A stretch of 64,000 bases of DNA from Alphaproteobacteria bacterium (GCA_964291285.2 OZ219788.1:192001-256000); one strand, 5' to 3'. Shown: positions 30,517-40,805, numbered from the stretch's first letter. A program made the numbers and translations. The notes: generated by a model from the letters alone, not told the origin.

Positions 30517-31012
30517 GAACGGTCTCGCGGGTGAGGGTCCGGAAGGAAGCCTAGAACATCGCCGCCGCAAGCCCAACGGTCCGACGGGCCTGCTGCTGGC
30601 GCTCTCCGCCCTGCTGCTCGCGCCGGGGCTGGTCCTGCCGGCGATCACGATCGAACGCCTCTGGTTCGGGACCGACTATTCGATCCTGGCCGCGGTCGCA
30701 GCGCTCGCCCGTGAAGGAAACTGGTTCCTCGCGCTTGTCATCGGGGCGTTCTCGGTCGCTTTCCCCGTCGCGAAGCTCGTCTTCGCCGGGTTGGCGTGGA
30801 TGTCCCGCAGCACGGGAGGGCGCATGGTCGCGGCGATGGGCGCGGTCTCGAAATACTCGATGCTGGACGTGTTCATCGTCGCGCTCACCGTTCTGGTGCT
30901 GGACGGGCGGCTGCTGACCAGCGCTTCCGCCGGCCCCGGCATCTTCTGCTTCGCGGCCTCGGTGCTGCTCTCGACCTGGGCGCTGGCCCGGCTCGGTCAG
31001 GCCGAACGCTGA
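30515..31012 (+). CDS. paraquat-inducible protein A (PqiA)-like membrane protein
   Basis: FSV.FP..K, KYSMLDVF; start uncertain. Confidence 0.7.
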   Translation: MNGLAGEGPEGSLEHRRRKPNGPTGLLLALSALLLAPGLVLPAITIERLWFGTDYSILAAVAALAREGNWFLALVIGAFSVAFPVAKLVFAGLAWMSRSTGGRMVAAMGAVSKYSMLDVFIVALTVLVLDGRLLTSASAGPGIFCFAASVLLSTWALARLGQAER

Positions 31013-31725
31013 ACCGCCAACGCCGCCAGCCGGCGTTCGTCGAGCTCGGCGCGGATGCGCAGCAGCAGCACCGTCGCCCAGAAGAACAGGAAGGCGGCAT
31101 ACATCACCAGCAGCGGGCGCAGCATCGCCGGGTCGAGGGCCGGCGCGCCGAAGCGGCTGACGCTCGCCGGCTGGTGCAGCGTGTGCCACCAGTCCACCGA
31201 GAACTTGATAATCGGGAGGTTGACCGCGCCGACCAGCGCCAGCACCGCCGCCGCCCGCCCGGCCCGGCGCGGGTCGTCGAAGGCCCGCCAGAGCGCCATG
31301 TAGCCGATATAGAGGAACAGCAGCACGAGCACGGAGGTGAGGCGCGCGTCCCACACCCACCATGTGCCCCAGGTCGGCAGGCCCCAGAGCGACCCGGTGA
31401 CGAGCGCGACGAGGGTGAAGCCGGCCCCCGGCGCGGCCGAGGCCTTGGCCGTGAGTTCGGCCAGCGGATGGCGCCAGATGAGCGCGCCCGCGCTCGCCAG
31501 CGCCATGACCGCGTAGGTGCTGAGCGCCATCCACGCCGCCGGGACGTGCACATACATGATGCGCACCGAGTCCTTCTGCTGGTAGTCGATGGGGGAGTCG
31601 ACCAGCGCCAGCCAGAGCCCGGCGATGAAGGCCGCCGCCGACAGGCCCGCCGTCCAGGGCAGGACGCGCCCGGCGAAACGGCGGAAGCGGCCGGGATTGG
31701 CGAGGCGGTGCAGGCTGCGGGCCAA
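30997..31725 (-). CDS. ccmC: haem exporter subunit C
   Basis: MYVHVP, G.LWG.P.WG.WW.WDARLT, SV.WW.TLHQ; TTG start inferred. Confidence 0.93.
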   Translation of the reverse strand: MARSLHRLANPGRFRRFAGRVLPWTAGLSAAAFIAGLWLALVDSPIDYQQKDSVRIMYVHVPAAWMALSTYAVMALASAGALIWRHPLAELTAKASAAPGAGFTLVALVTGSLWGLPTWGTWWVWDARLTSVLVLLFLYIGYMALWRAFDDPRRAGRAAAVLALVGAVNLPIIKFSVDWWHTLHQPASVSRFGAPALDPAMLRPLLVMYAAFLFFWATVLLLRIRAELDERRLAALAVQRSA

Positions 31726-31730
31726 GGGTC

Positions 31731-32381
31731 CTATTGCTCCACGGCGTGACGGAGTGCGGCTGCGGCCGCCGCCGGCGCCAGCGCCAGCGCGGCCAGCGAC
31801 AGCGCGGCCAGCAGGGCGAGCGCGCCCTCCCGGCCTTCGGCGGCGGCGGCCCCGAAGATCAGGACGGGGATATAGAGCGGCAGCACCAGAACGGCCGTCA
31901 AGACCCCCACGAGCCGCGCGCCGAGCGTGAGCGCCGCGCCGGCCGCGCCGATGAGCGTGAGTGCGGGCGTGCCGATGAGGAAGGAAAGCGCGAGCAGACC
32001 GAGCCGTTCGCCCGGCAGGGCCAGCATGGAGCCGAGCAGCGGCGCGATGACCGCCATCGGCAGGCCGGTCGCAAGCCAATGCGCCGCGCATTTGGCGAGC
32101 ACGACCGCCACCAGCGGCTCCGGGCGGGCGGCCAGCAGGTCGAGGGAGCCGTCCTCCCGGTCGGGGCGGAACAGCCGCTCCAGCGACAGCAGCGCCGCCA
32201 GCAGCGCGATCACCCAGAGGAGACCGGAGCCGACGCCGGCCAGAGTGCCCGGATCGGGTCCCAGTCCGAGCGGGAACAGCACGGCGCCCAGCACGAAGAA
32301 CAGCAACGCCAGCCCGCTCTCCCCGCCCTGCCTGCCGGCGAGCGCGAGGTCGCGGCCGAGCAGGGCGACAAAGACCCTCAC
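31731..32381 (-). CDS. ccmB: haem exporter subunit B
   Basis: LFPLG, D.EDGSL, LPLYIPVLIF. Confidence 0.92.
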   Translation of the reverse strand: MRVFVALLGRDLALAGRQGGESGLALLFFVLGAVLFPLGLGPDPGTLAGVGSGLLWVIALLAALLSLERLFRPDREDGSLDLLAARPEPLVAVVLAKCAAHWLATGLPMAVIAPLLGSMLALPGERLGLLALSFLIGTPALTLIGAAGAALTLGARLVGVLTAVLVLPLYIPVLIFGAAAAEGREGALALLAALSLAALALAPAAAAAALRHAVEQ

Positions 32382-32962
32382 GGGCCGGCGGCGCCCAACT
32401 CGATGCGGTGCGCGGCCTCCGTCCCGAGCGGGACGTGGGTCGCGATGACGGCCGCCCCGCCGCCGGCGAGATGGGCCTCCAGCCCGCGCCCGAACGTCTC
32501 CGCCGCGTCCTCGTCGAGGCCGGCGGTCGGCTCGTCCAGCAGCCAGAGCGGGGCGGGTGCCGCGAACAGGCGCGCAAGGCCGAGCCGCCGTCGCTGGCCG
32601 GCCGAGAGCAGCCGCGCCGGCAGGTCGGCGAGCGAAGCGAGGCCGACCGCCTCCAGGCCCGCTGCAACGGAGCCGTGCCCCGCGAGCCGCACCCAGAAGG
32701 CGAGGTTCTGCGAGGCGGTGAGCGCCGGCTTCACCGCATCGCCGTGCCCGACATAGTGGAAGTCCGCCTCTTCCCGGCCCGCCCATGCCACCGTTCCGGC
32801 CGACGGCGGCAGCAGCCCCGCCAGCACGCGCAGCAGGCTGGACTTGCCGGCGCCGTTGGGCCCCGTGACGAGCGCGGCCTCGCCGGGCGCGAGCGCAAAA
32901 TCGAGGTTCCGGAACAGTTCGCGCCCGCCGCGCTCGCAGGCGAGGCCGCGCGCCTCCAGCAT
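32378..32962 (-). CDS. ccmA: haem exporter ATP-binding protein
   Basis: GPNGAGKS, LSAGQ.RR..LARL, W.LDEP. Confidence 0.93.
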   Translation of the reverse strand: MLEARGLACERGGRELFRNLDFALAPGEAALVTGPNGAGKSSLLRVLAGLLPPSAGTVAWAGREEADFHYVGHGDAVKPALTASQNLAFWVRLAGHGSVAAGLEAVGLASLADLPARLLSAGQRRRLGLARLFAAPAPLWLLDEPTAGLDEDAAETFGRGLEAHLAGGGAAVIATHVPLGTEAAHRIELGAAGP

Positions 32963-34524
32963 CAGCCGCCGAGCGCCACCGCCGCCGTCGGCGACTGCAC
33001 ATGGGCGGCCGCCGCATTTCCCCGCATGACGATCTGCGGGTTGGCGAACAGCTTCTGGCCGACGGCGCTTTCGGTCACCTCGGTCGGGAACCGGCCGGCG
33101 AGCGCGGCGCGTATTTCGGGCGCCAGCTCGCGGTCCATCGTCACCCTGCCCTCGCCGCTCGCGTCGATCCGCGGCCGGTGGACCGCATCGTCCAGGTCGA
33201 GGCCGAAATCCAGCAGCATGGAGGTCAGCTGGAAGACCGCCGGCGCGATCCGCCGCCCGCCCGACGCGCCGAGCGCGAAACGGCCCGCCCCGTCCGCGTC
33301 CGTCACCACCACCGGCGCCATGTTGTTGAGCGGCTTCACTCCGCCCTTGAGCGAGTTGGGACGGCCGGGGCGCGGGTCGAACCAGTAAACGCCGTTGTTC
33401 ATCAATATGCCGGTGCCGGGCAGCATGAAGCGCGACCCGAACCGCTCCAGCAGCGTGTTGGTGAGCGACACCATGTTGCCGGCAGCGTCGACGACCGAGA
33501 GATGGGTGGTGCAGCCGCGCCCGCTCGCGTCGCCGTCATGGCCCATGTTCGCGAGGCGGTATTCGTAGGCCTCCGTCAGCGCCTCCGCCCAGGCGATATA
33601 GGCGGCCGCGTCGAGGCCGGCGGCGCGGTCGAGCCGGGCGTCGAGATTGCCGAGCGCCCGCGCGAAGGTCGGCCCGGCGTTCAGGCCCGGCATCAGCCGC
33701 ACCACCCCGTCATGGTGCGGCACGGCGAGCGGCTCGACCTCAAAGGCTTCGTAGGCGCCGAGGTCGTCGAGCGACAGCGGCCCGCCGGACGCCGCCATGT
33801 CGGCCGCGATCCGCCGGGCGGTCTCGCCCTCGTAGAAGTCGCGCGGGCCGGCTTCGGCGAGGCGGCGCAAGGTCTCCGGCAGGCGTCCGAGCGGACGGCG
33901 GAGCGGCGCATGGGGCGTTTGCGAGACCAGCGGCGCGCCGCCCGGCAGATAGGTCTCGCGCGCCTCCGGGTAGCGCCCGAGGCCGGCGCTCATGCCGAAG
34001 GCGATCTGGAGCGTGGCGTACCAGCTGGCGGCAAGGCCGCGCTCGGCCGTCTCGATGGCGGGCGCGAGCGCATCGGCCCAGGCGAGCGTGCCGTAGCGCT
34101 CCAGCGCCATCGCGAAGCCTGCAACGGCGCCCGGCACCGCCACCGCCTCGGGCCCGATCATGTTGCGGTCGCCCGCGACGCGCGGCCAGACGAACAGCGC
34201 GTCCTCCGGTCCCTCCTCGCCGCTGAGCGCATAGCGGGCCGGATCGAGCGATGCCGGTGCGGTCATGGAATAGTCGATGCCGACCGTGCGCCGCTCGTCG
34301 GCCAGATGGACCAGCATGACGCCGCCGCCGCCGATGCCGCTCATCCAGGGCTCGGTCGTGGCCAGGCAGAGTGCAGTCACCACGGCCGCGTCCACGGCAT
34401 TGCCCCCGGCCTTGAGCACCGCCGCGCCCTGCTCCGCCGCCTCGGCCTCCTGCGCGGCCACGAGCCCGTGCCGGGAGCGCACCGCCGGCTTGCGCAGGCT
34501 CCAGTGTTCGGCGCGGAAGGTCAT
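32962..34524 (-). CDS. gamma-glutamyltransferase family protein
   Basis: GGNAVDAAV, SGIGGGG, TTHLSVVD (Ntn Thr), FG.SGGR-like LGASGGR. Confidence 0.9.
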   Translation of the reverse strand: MTFRAEHWSLRKPAVRSRHGLVAAQEAEAAEQGAAVLKAGGNAVDAAVVTALCLATTEPWMSGIGGGGVMLVHLADERRTVGIDYSMTAPASLDPARYALSGEEGPEDALFVWPRVAGDRNMIGPEAVAVPGAVAGFAMALERYGTLAWADALAPAIETAERGLAASWYATLQIAFGMSAGLGRYPEARETYLPGGAPLVSQTPHAPLRRPLGRLPETLRRLAEAGPRDFYEGETARRIAADMAASGGPLSLDDLGAYEAFEVEPLAVPHHDGVVRLMPGLNAGPTFARALGNLDARLDRAAGLDAAAYIAWAEALTEAYEYRLANMGHDGDASGRGCTTHLSVVDAAGNMVSLTNTLLERFGSRFMLPGTGILMNNGVYWFDPRPGRPNSLKGGVKPLNNMAPVVVTDADGAGRFALGASGGRRIAPAVFQLTSMLLDFGLDLDDAVHRPRIDASGEGRVTMDRELAPEIRAALAGRFPTEVTESAVGQKLFANPQIVMRGNAAAAHVQSPTAAVALGG

Positions 34525-35165
34525 CGTTCCCGTGCTCCAAACGAAGACTCGAGTGCCCGCTTGAGCCTGTCCTTCGCAGGAAGGGCACGCTGGACAACCC
34601 GATGAAGGTCCGCGAACCCGCAATCCGGCGCAAGAGAACGGACCGAGGACAGCGCAATGGTCTTCTGGCCGGGCGGTAGGTCCGGTTCGGCCACCACATG
34701 AAAACGCCATTGCCCGGCGTTGCGGTGGTCCGCAACACCATGTTCCCGTTCGCCGTGCCAAGCGAACACATACACATCCGCTGCGCGCATCGGCTTCGGA
34801 AACTCGATCCAACGGCTTCCGTCCCGAGTCCAGTAGCCGGTGCGAGGCGCGATATCGAAGGCAGGGTAGCGGCGCCGGACCGGCCCATCTCCGTCCCACG
34901 ACTGCCGCGCCGCAGACTGCTTGACTTCGAGCCGGGCGCCGGACAGTTCCTGCTCGCAGTCCCAGGGAGCCCAGCCCCAACCCAGGGACCATGTCAGTCG
35001 CCAGTCGGGCGCGAGCGCCTCCCCGACCAGATATTCCGCGTAATCGCCCCGATACAGATTGTCCATTATCCTACAGTCGAAGCGGCGGCTGAGCTTCTCC
35101 ACGATACGGCGATGCGTGTCCGGGCCGGCGTTTACTTCCGCCCCTCTTTCCGGAAGCGGCCTCAT
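34521..35165 (-). CDS. hypothetical protein, possible PD-(D/E)XK nuclease-like fold
   Basis: RGDYAEYLV...WD.....RLEVKQSA pattern; ATGA overlaps with both neighbours. Confidence 0.55.
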   Translation of the reverse strand: MRPLPERGAEVNAGPDTHRRIVEKLSRRFDCRIMDNLYRGDYAEYLVGEALAPDWRLTWSLGWGWAPWDCEQELSGARLEVKQSAARQSWDGDGPVRRRYPAFDIAPRTGYWTRDGSRWIEFPKPMRAADVYVFAWHGEREHGVADHRNAGQWRFHVVAEPDLPPGQKTIALSSVRSLAPDCGFADLHRVVQRALPAKDRLKRALESSFGARER

Positions 35166-36028
35166 GCCGGCAGGATCGGGCCGCCGGTGACGGTGGTGCG
35201 CAGGAAGCGGCGCAGCTCGTTCCGGGGATAGTCGAGCCGCCCGCAATGCATGACGCCGCCGCGGTTGTCCCACATCAGCGTGTCGCCGACGGACCACTCG
35301 TGCTCCCAGTGGAACTCCGGCCGGTCGAGCATGTCGTAGAGCCCGTCCAGCAGCCGGTCGCTCTCTTCCTGTTCCATGCCGACGACGCCGACGGTCAGGA
35401 GCGGATTGGCGTAGATCGCCGCCCTGCCGGTCGCCGCATGGGCGTTGACGACCGGATGCACGGCGCGCTGCTCCTTGTCCAGCGTGCGCGCCGCCACCAC
35501 CAGGCTCCTGTTGCGCTGGTCCGTGCCGTAGACGAACAGCGCGTCGAGGCCGCGGACGCGCTCCCGCACCGCTTCCGGCAGGGCTTCGTAGGCGGCGGCG
35601 GCGTTGGCGAAGCAGGTATTGCCGCCGGAGGAGGGAATGTCCGTCGCGTGCAGCAGGGTCGCCTTGGCGGGTTTCGGGTCGTAGGAGAGGTCCGAGTGCC
35701 AGCCGTAGCGCACGTCCTCGATGGCGCCGCGCCGCGCGCCCGTCTCGTCGAAGCTGCCGTCGGCGTGCTGGTTGGTCATTACCACCACTTCCGGCGCCTC
35801 CGGGTGGCGGTAGGCGCGCTGCACATGCGGCTGCAAGGCTCCGAAATGGCGGGAAAAGGCCGTGAGTTCCGGCGGCGTCATCGGCGCCTCGCGGAACAGC
35901 AGCACGCCGTATTCCCCGAACGCCGCCTCAAGCTCCGCGACCGTCCCGGCATCGAGCGGCCGGCGCGGGTCCACGCCGGTCACTTCGGCCCCGATGGCGG
36001 GCGACAGCGGCTCGATCCGCACGCTCAT
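35162..36028 (-). CDS. TauD/TfdA family 2OG-dependent dioxygenase
   Basis: WHSD, GG.T.FAN, HP.V, WDNR...H. Confidence 0.9.
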   Translation of the reverse strand: MSVRIEPLSPAIGAEVTGVDPRRPLDAGTVAELEAAFGEYGVLLFREAPMTPPELTAFSRHFGALQPHVQRAYRHPEAPEVVVMTNQHADGSFDETGARRGAIEDVRYGWHSDLSYDPKPAKATLLHATDIPSSGGNTCFANAAAAYEALPEAVRERVRGLDALFVYGTDQRNRSLVVAARTLDKEQRAVHPVVNAHAATGRAAIYANPLLTVGVVGMEQEESDRLLDGLYDMLDRPEFHWEHEWSVGDTLMWDNRGGVMHCGRLDYPRNELRRFLRTTVTGGPILPA

Positions 36029-36873
36029 ACCGGCTTCGCCCCCTTCAGCAGGATGCGCTGGTGCCGGCGTTCCTCGCCCACGGGGAAGTCCGTGTTCACC
36101 GAATGCACAAGGCAGCGATTGTCCCAGAGCAGGATGTCGCCGAGCCGCCAGCTATGGTCGTAGCGGAAGCGGTCGGCGGTCATGTGCGCATAGAGGCCGT
36201 CGAGCAGCGCATCGCTCTCCGCCCGTTCCAGCCCGACCACGCGGTCGGTGCGGTTGGGGTTGAAGTAGATGGCCTTCCGGCCGGTGTCCTCATGGGTGCG
36301 CACAAGCGGATGGAGAACGTCGGGCGTCTCGGCGGCCTCCTCGGCCGTGCGCTTTTCGGCCCGGCCCGGCGCGCGCGGCGTGTCGTAGCCGTGGACCGCC
36401 TGCGCGCCGTCGATCCGCGCCTTCACCTCGTCATCCAGCACCTCCCAGGCCCGGCGGGTGTTGCAGAAGCGGGTCTCGCCGCCGGAAGACGGCAACGCCA
36501 GCGACTGGAGCATGGTCGCCTTGGCCGGCGCGGCGAAATAGCTGTCGTCCGTATGCCAGCCGGAGAGGCGCACCAGCGTCAGGTCGTCCGGTTTGTCCTC
36601 GGGGCGCTTGTATGTGCTCTCCAGCACAGAGACCTCGGGCACCTCGCCGTGGCGGCGATGACGGAGAAGCTGCAATTGCGGCTCGCCGAAGAGGCGCGCG
36701 ACCCTCAGAAAGTCCGCCGGGGAAAGCGGCTCGGAACGGAAGCAGAGCAGGTGGCGGTCGAGGAAGGCCTCGCGCACCGCCGCCGCGTCGCCCTCATCGA
36801 GCGGCTTCGTCAGGTCGAGGCCGGCGACCTCCGCGCCCAGCGCGTCGTTCAGGGGCCTGATCTCCAGTGTCAC
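36025..36873 (-). CDS. TauD/TfdA family 2OG-dependent dioxygenase
   Basis: WHTD, GGETRF, HPLVRTH, WDNR..VH. Confidence 0.9.
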   Translation of the reverse strand: MTLEIRPLNDALGAEVAGLDLTKPLDEGDAAAVREAFLDRHLLCFRSEPLSPADFLRVARLFGEPQLQLLRHRRHGEVPEVSVLESTYKRPEDKPDDLTLVRLSGWHTDDSYFAAPAKATMLQSLALPSSGGETRFCNTRRAWEVLDDEVKARIDGAQAVHGYDTPRAPGRAEKRTAEEAAETPDVLHPLVRTHEDTGRKAIYFNPNRTDRVVGLERAESDALLDGLYAHMTADRFRYDHSWRLGDILLWDNRCLVHSVNTDFPVGEERRHQRILLKGAKPV

Positions 36874-36891
36874 GGAACCGGTCTCCTTCCG

Positions 36892-37374
36892 TCAGTCCGC
36901 GGCGTCCGCCGTGTGCGGCTCTTTCAGGCGCAGCAGGAAACGCATCCGGCCTTCCAGCACCAGCTCTTCGCGCTGGTTCCACACCCGGCTTGCGAGCGTC
37001 ATCACGCCCGTGGTGCGCTGCGGCTCCAGCGCCACGATCTCCAGCTCGGGATAGAGCGTATCGCCCGAGAAGACGGGCTTCAGGAAGCGGCTCGACTGCT
37101 CCAGGAAGCCGATCAGCGCATCCTCCATCTCCGCCGCCAGCCCGGTCGCGCCGGGCGCCGTCTGGATCAGCGTCTGGAAGCCGTGCGCCATCAGGCCCGG
37201 CCAGCCGCGCGAGCGGCAATGCTCGATGTCGTAATGCACCGGCGCATTGTCGCCGCTGGCAAGCTGGAAGGCATAGAACAGCGACTCGGAATGGGTGCGC
37301 GAGGGCGCATGGAAGGTCTCTCCGACCCGGAAATCCTCGAAGCCGCGCTGCGGCGCCGGGGCGCGCGGGGACAT
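36892..37374 (-). CDS. MaoC family dehydratase
   Basis: FEDF.VG, SGDN.P.H, AHG, F..PV..GDT. Confidence 0.88.
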   Translation of the reverse strand: MSPRAPAPQRGFEDFRVGETFHAPSRTHSESLFYAFQLASGDNAPVHYDIEHCRSRGWPGLMAHGFQTLIQTAPGATGLAAEMEDALIGFLEQSSRFLKPVFSGDTLYPELEIVALEPQRTTGVMTLASRVWNQREELVLEGRMRFLLRLKEPHTADAAD

Positions 37375-37472
37375 GGGCGTGTCGCCTCCTCTATCTGCTC
37401 CCGCCCATGCTGCCACGACGCGGTAACCGGCGGAAGGGGCGGCTGTTTCCCGCCATTTCTACTACCGTGCTA

Positions 37473-38249
37473 GGCCCTGTGGACGTATTGACTCAGGAGC
37501 GTGTTCAGGGATTCCCGTGCGAGGATTTGTCTGAATCATGAGGCGTCGGCGATTCGGGGGTTTCTTTGATGTCGACGAAGATGACGAATGGAGACTGGGA
37601 GGTTGCGCTGGAGGTTTTCCGGCTTTGCCTTCCGAGGCGGGGTGCGAAGGCGAAGGACGACCGTCTGTTTCTGGAGGCGCTGCACTTCTTTGCGGTTCAC
37701 AACATCACCTGGCGGGCGCTGCCGGAGCGGTTCGGGCACTGGAATACGGTATGGCGGCGTTTTCACCGTCTGAGCCGTTCAGGGGTGTTCGAGGACTTTT
37801 TCGCCACGCTGGCGGATTTGAGCAGCACGGCGCACCTGGTTCAGATGTTCGATTCGACCGTGACCCGCGCGCATGTATCGGCGGCCGGCGCAAAAGGGGG
37901 CAGCAGGGTCAGGCGCTTGGACGCTCGCGGGGCGGTTTCAGCACCAAGATCCACCTGAAGACCGATTTCGACGGCCTGCCGATCGCCTTCGACCTGACCG
38001 GCGGCGAGGCTGCCGACAGTCCGCATTTCGAGACCCTGATGGACATCGGCCCCGATGTCCGGCCCCGCGCCATCGTCGCCGACAAGGGCTATGACAGCGC
38101 CGGAAACCGCCAACTCGCCCGGAAAAGAGGCGCCCTGACCGTCATTCCCTACCGGAAGAACATCAAAAACAGGCCAAAGCGCTTCGCAAGCGCGCTCTAC
38201 AGAGGACGGGCGCGCATCGAACAGGCCGTCGGCAAGCTCAAACGTTTCA
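37473..38249 (+). mobile_element. truncated IS5-family (IS427-type) element
   Basis: Left end GGCCCTGTGGAC after CTA; orfA 37566..37958; AAAAGGGGG slippery site; orfB LGRSRGG.STKIH, ADKGYD; similarity stops after KLKRF and no right IR was seen. Confidence 0.8.
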
Positions 38250-38422
38250 GTATTCCACCGTACGCCTGTCTGTTCGTGGCAACTGATGTCAAAGGAAATC
38301 GTTGTGTATCAATGAAGTATTGGTTTTCCCGGTGGACAAGGCGCGCCAGGACTACGCCCCGGTTGACTTTCATGTGTTGACCTGTATGGTGATATTCAGG
38401 GCTGTTTCGAAGGAATATCACT

Positions 38423-39691
38423 ATGTCAACACAGACCGGCAAGCGCACTGCAAACCTCAAGCTCACCCTCAACAAGCGAAACGTCGAAGCCCTCAAGCCC
38501 CGGCACAAACCCTTCATCGCATGGGACGACCGCCTCACCGGATTCGGTATCCGCGTCCAGCCCTCGGGCATGCGCTCCTACATCGTCAACTACCGCGCCG
38601 GCGACGGCGGGCGCAAGGCCGCCAACCGGCGCCTCGTCCTCGGCCGCCACGGCCGCATCACCCCCGAACAGGCCAGGCGCCTCGCCCGGGAGACGCTGGG
38701 CCGCGTCGCCGCCGGCGAGGACCCCGCCGCCGGGCGCACCCGCGCCCGCGCCATGCCGACGGTGCGGGACGCCTTCGAGGACTATCTCGCCGCCGGGCCG
38801 GCGCGCAAGGACAGTACCGTTGCGGTATACCGCAGCACCGTCCACAAGGACCTCGGTGACTGGCTCGACCGCCCTCTCGACACCATCGGGCGCCGCGATG
38901 TCGAGCAGCGCTTCCGGCGCCTGAGCGAGAATGCCGGGTGGGTGCAGGCCAACAATGCGATGAAGATGCTGCGCGCCCTCTACCGCCGCCAGTGCCTCGA
39001 CCATGAGGGGCTGCACAATCCGGTGGACCAGTGGCGCGTCGCGGGCGGGCGGCCCCATCGCCCGAAACGGCGCATCATCCAGCCGCCGGCCGAGGTGCTG
39101 CCGCGCTGGCACCGCGGCATCGAGGCGGCGGTGCGTAACCCGGTCGCCCGCGACGCCTTGCACTTCGGCCTCTATACCGGCATGCGCCGGGCCGAAGTAT
39201 TCGGCCTCGCATGGGCGCGGGTGGACAGGGCGGCGATGGTGTTCCGGGTCGAGGACACCAAGACCGGCGCGCCGTTGGCGCTTCCCGTCACCCGGCAGCT
39301 CGCGGCCATTCTCGAACGCCGCCTGGCCGAACGCGACCGTGTCCCCGAGGCGAACCGGGGCTGGGTGTTCCCGTCCGAAACCAGCAGGTCCGGGCGTCTC
39401 ACCGGCATGCAGCACATGAATGCGCGCATCGGCGAGGCGGGCGGCGCGAAATTCTGGTTCCATGCCCTGCGCAACTGCTTCATCACCGTCGCCGACCGCG
39501 ACCTGATGTTGCCGGCCAGCCTGACCAAGCGGCTGGTCAACCACGCCCGGCCCCGGGACGTGACCGAGGGCTATGCCGCCGACTGGACCATGGAGCAACT
39601 CCGCGACGCCGCCCAGCGCATCTCTGACAGGATCGACGCATTGATCCGCGAAGGCATTCCCGCGCCACCGGCCTTGCCGCCGACAGCATGA
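38423..39691 (+). CDS. tyrosine recombinase/integrase with N-terminal arm-binding domain (P4-like)
   Basis: WD..L.GFG.RV..SG, TGMRRAE, TKTG, HALR, LVNH, TEGY. Confidence 0.92.
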   Translation: MSTQTGKRTANLKLTLNKRNVEALKPRHKPFIAWDDRLTGFGIRVQPSGMRSYIVNYRAGDGGRKAANRRLVLGRHGRITPEQARRLARETLGRVAAGEDPAAGRTRARAMPTVRDAFEDYLAAGPARKDSTVAVYRSTVHKDLGDWLDRPLDTIGRRDVEQRFRRLSENAGWVQANNAMKMLRALYRRQCLDHEGLHNPVDQWRVAGGRPHRPKRRIIQPPAEVLPRWHRGIEAAVRNPVARDALHFGLYTGMRRAEVFGLAWARVDRAAMVFRVEDTKTGAPLALPVTRQLAAILERRLAERDRVPEANRGWVFPSETSRSGRLTGMQHMNARIGEAGGAKFWFHALRNCFITVADRDLMLPASLTKRLVNHARPRDVTEGYAADWTMEQLRDAAQRISDRIDALIREGIPAPPALPPTA

Positions 39692-39697
39692 CGCGTG

Positions 39698-40025
39698 GAC
39701 CTTTCCCGGGCCCTCGACATGGGTGCGGGTGGTGATGCGCTTGCCGTGCTTCTCGATGGTGGCCTCTTGCAGGAGGTCGAGGTCGCGGATCAGGTCGTGC
39801 CATTCGATGCTGACGCCGGCGGCGGCGCATCGGTCGGCCAGTTCCTTCTGGAGGACCAGCGCGAGGAAGGAGCAGAAGACGTGGCCGCGGATCGCGGCGT
39901 CGCAGGAGTGGTAGATCGGTCGGGTGCGCAACTGGGCCTTCGCCCGGCGGAACAGGTCTTCCACCGTGAGCAGCTCCCGGTAGCGGAGCACGGCGTTGAG
40001 CGGCGTCATGCCGGCGTTGGTGCGC
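39698..40025 (-). pseudogene. IS1634 transposase 3' fragment, close relative of element A
   Basis: Near-identical to ~4863-5195 (RTNAGMTPLNAVLRY...TRTHVEG). Confidence 0.85.
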
Positions 40026-40141
40026 CGGCCTATCTGGGGATATACCGGTGCGAGCCTCGCAAGGCGACGATGTAGAGGTCCATCGGGTCGCGGGTGCGGG
40101 AGACCGGGCGGCGGATGGCGTCGTGGCCGTGAGCCTCCCGC

Positions 40142-40554
40142 TCACCGGCGGCCTTGTCCGGTGCCGGCCAGCACGCCGTCGACCCGGGCGCGCGAGAGGC
40201 GGAACCGGCCCGAAGCTGTCCCCGTAGACAGCGCGTCGCGTCGACCCGGGCGCGCGAGACGCGGAACTCCCGCGCGATCGCCGCCGGCCTGAGGCCGGCC
40301 TCGAAGGCGGCGAGGATCGGCTTTTCCTGCCCCTGCGTCACCGGCCTGGCGCGCGCCCTTCCTCCGGATGTCTTGCCGGCCTGCCGCCCGCGCCTGCGGG
40401 CCTCGGCTGTCGCCGCTTCGACCGGCCGGTCGAGGTCCGCGTCGTCGAGATGGCGGAGCAAACGGTCGAGGCTCCCGCCGCGCTTTCCCGTCCCGCCACC
40501 CGGGCGCGCCGTCCTTCCTGCGCGTTGCCCCGTTTTCGTGGTCCTTCCTGTCAC
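40142..40554 (-). pseudogene. small HTH protein frameshifted by a 62-bp duplication/insertion
   Basis: GLRPAAIAREFRVSRA HTH-like helix; removing one 21-bp repeat plus 41 bp restores ...RARVDGVLAGTGQGRR*. Confidence 0.5.
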
Positions 40555-40805
40555 CTACAACCGGTGAGCGCATCGCGTGTGCGCTGGTCGATTGCAGCCC
40601 GAACGTGCCGGTGTGGCCATGGCCAGGGTGCTCTCCAGCTACCGGTCACCCGTGCCGCCGGCCCGCCGCCCGCCGTCGGGAACGCCGCCTCCCCCGCTCC
40701 GCGCCGGCAGGAGGGAAGGTCTGGCCGTGAGCGGGGCGGCGGTCGGCGCTTCGGAGAGCGGGGCGCTGCCGCCGGGTTCCACCACGGCACGATGGAGACG
40801 GCAGC

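Noticed and set aside
38250-38420. tRNA or tmRNA integration site upstream of the integrase
   Set aside because: No T-loop or CCA-end pattern found on either strand
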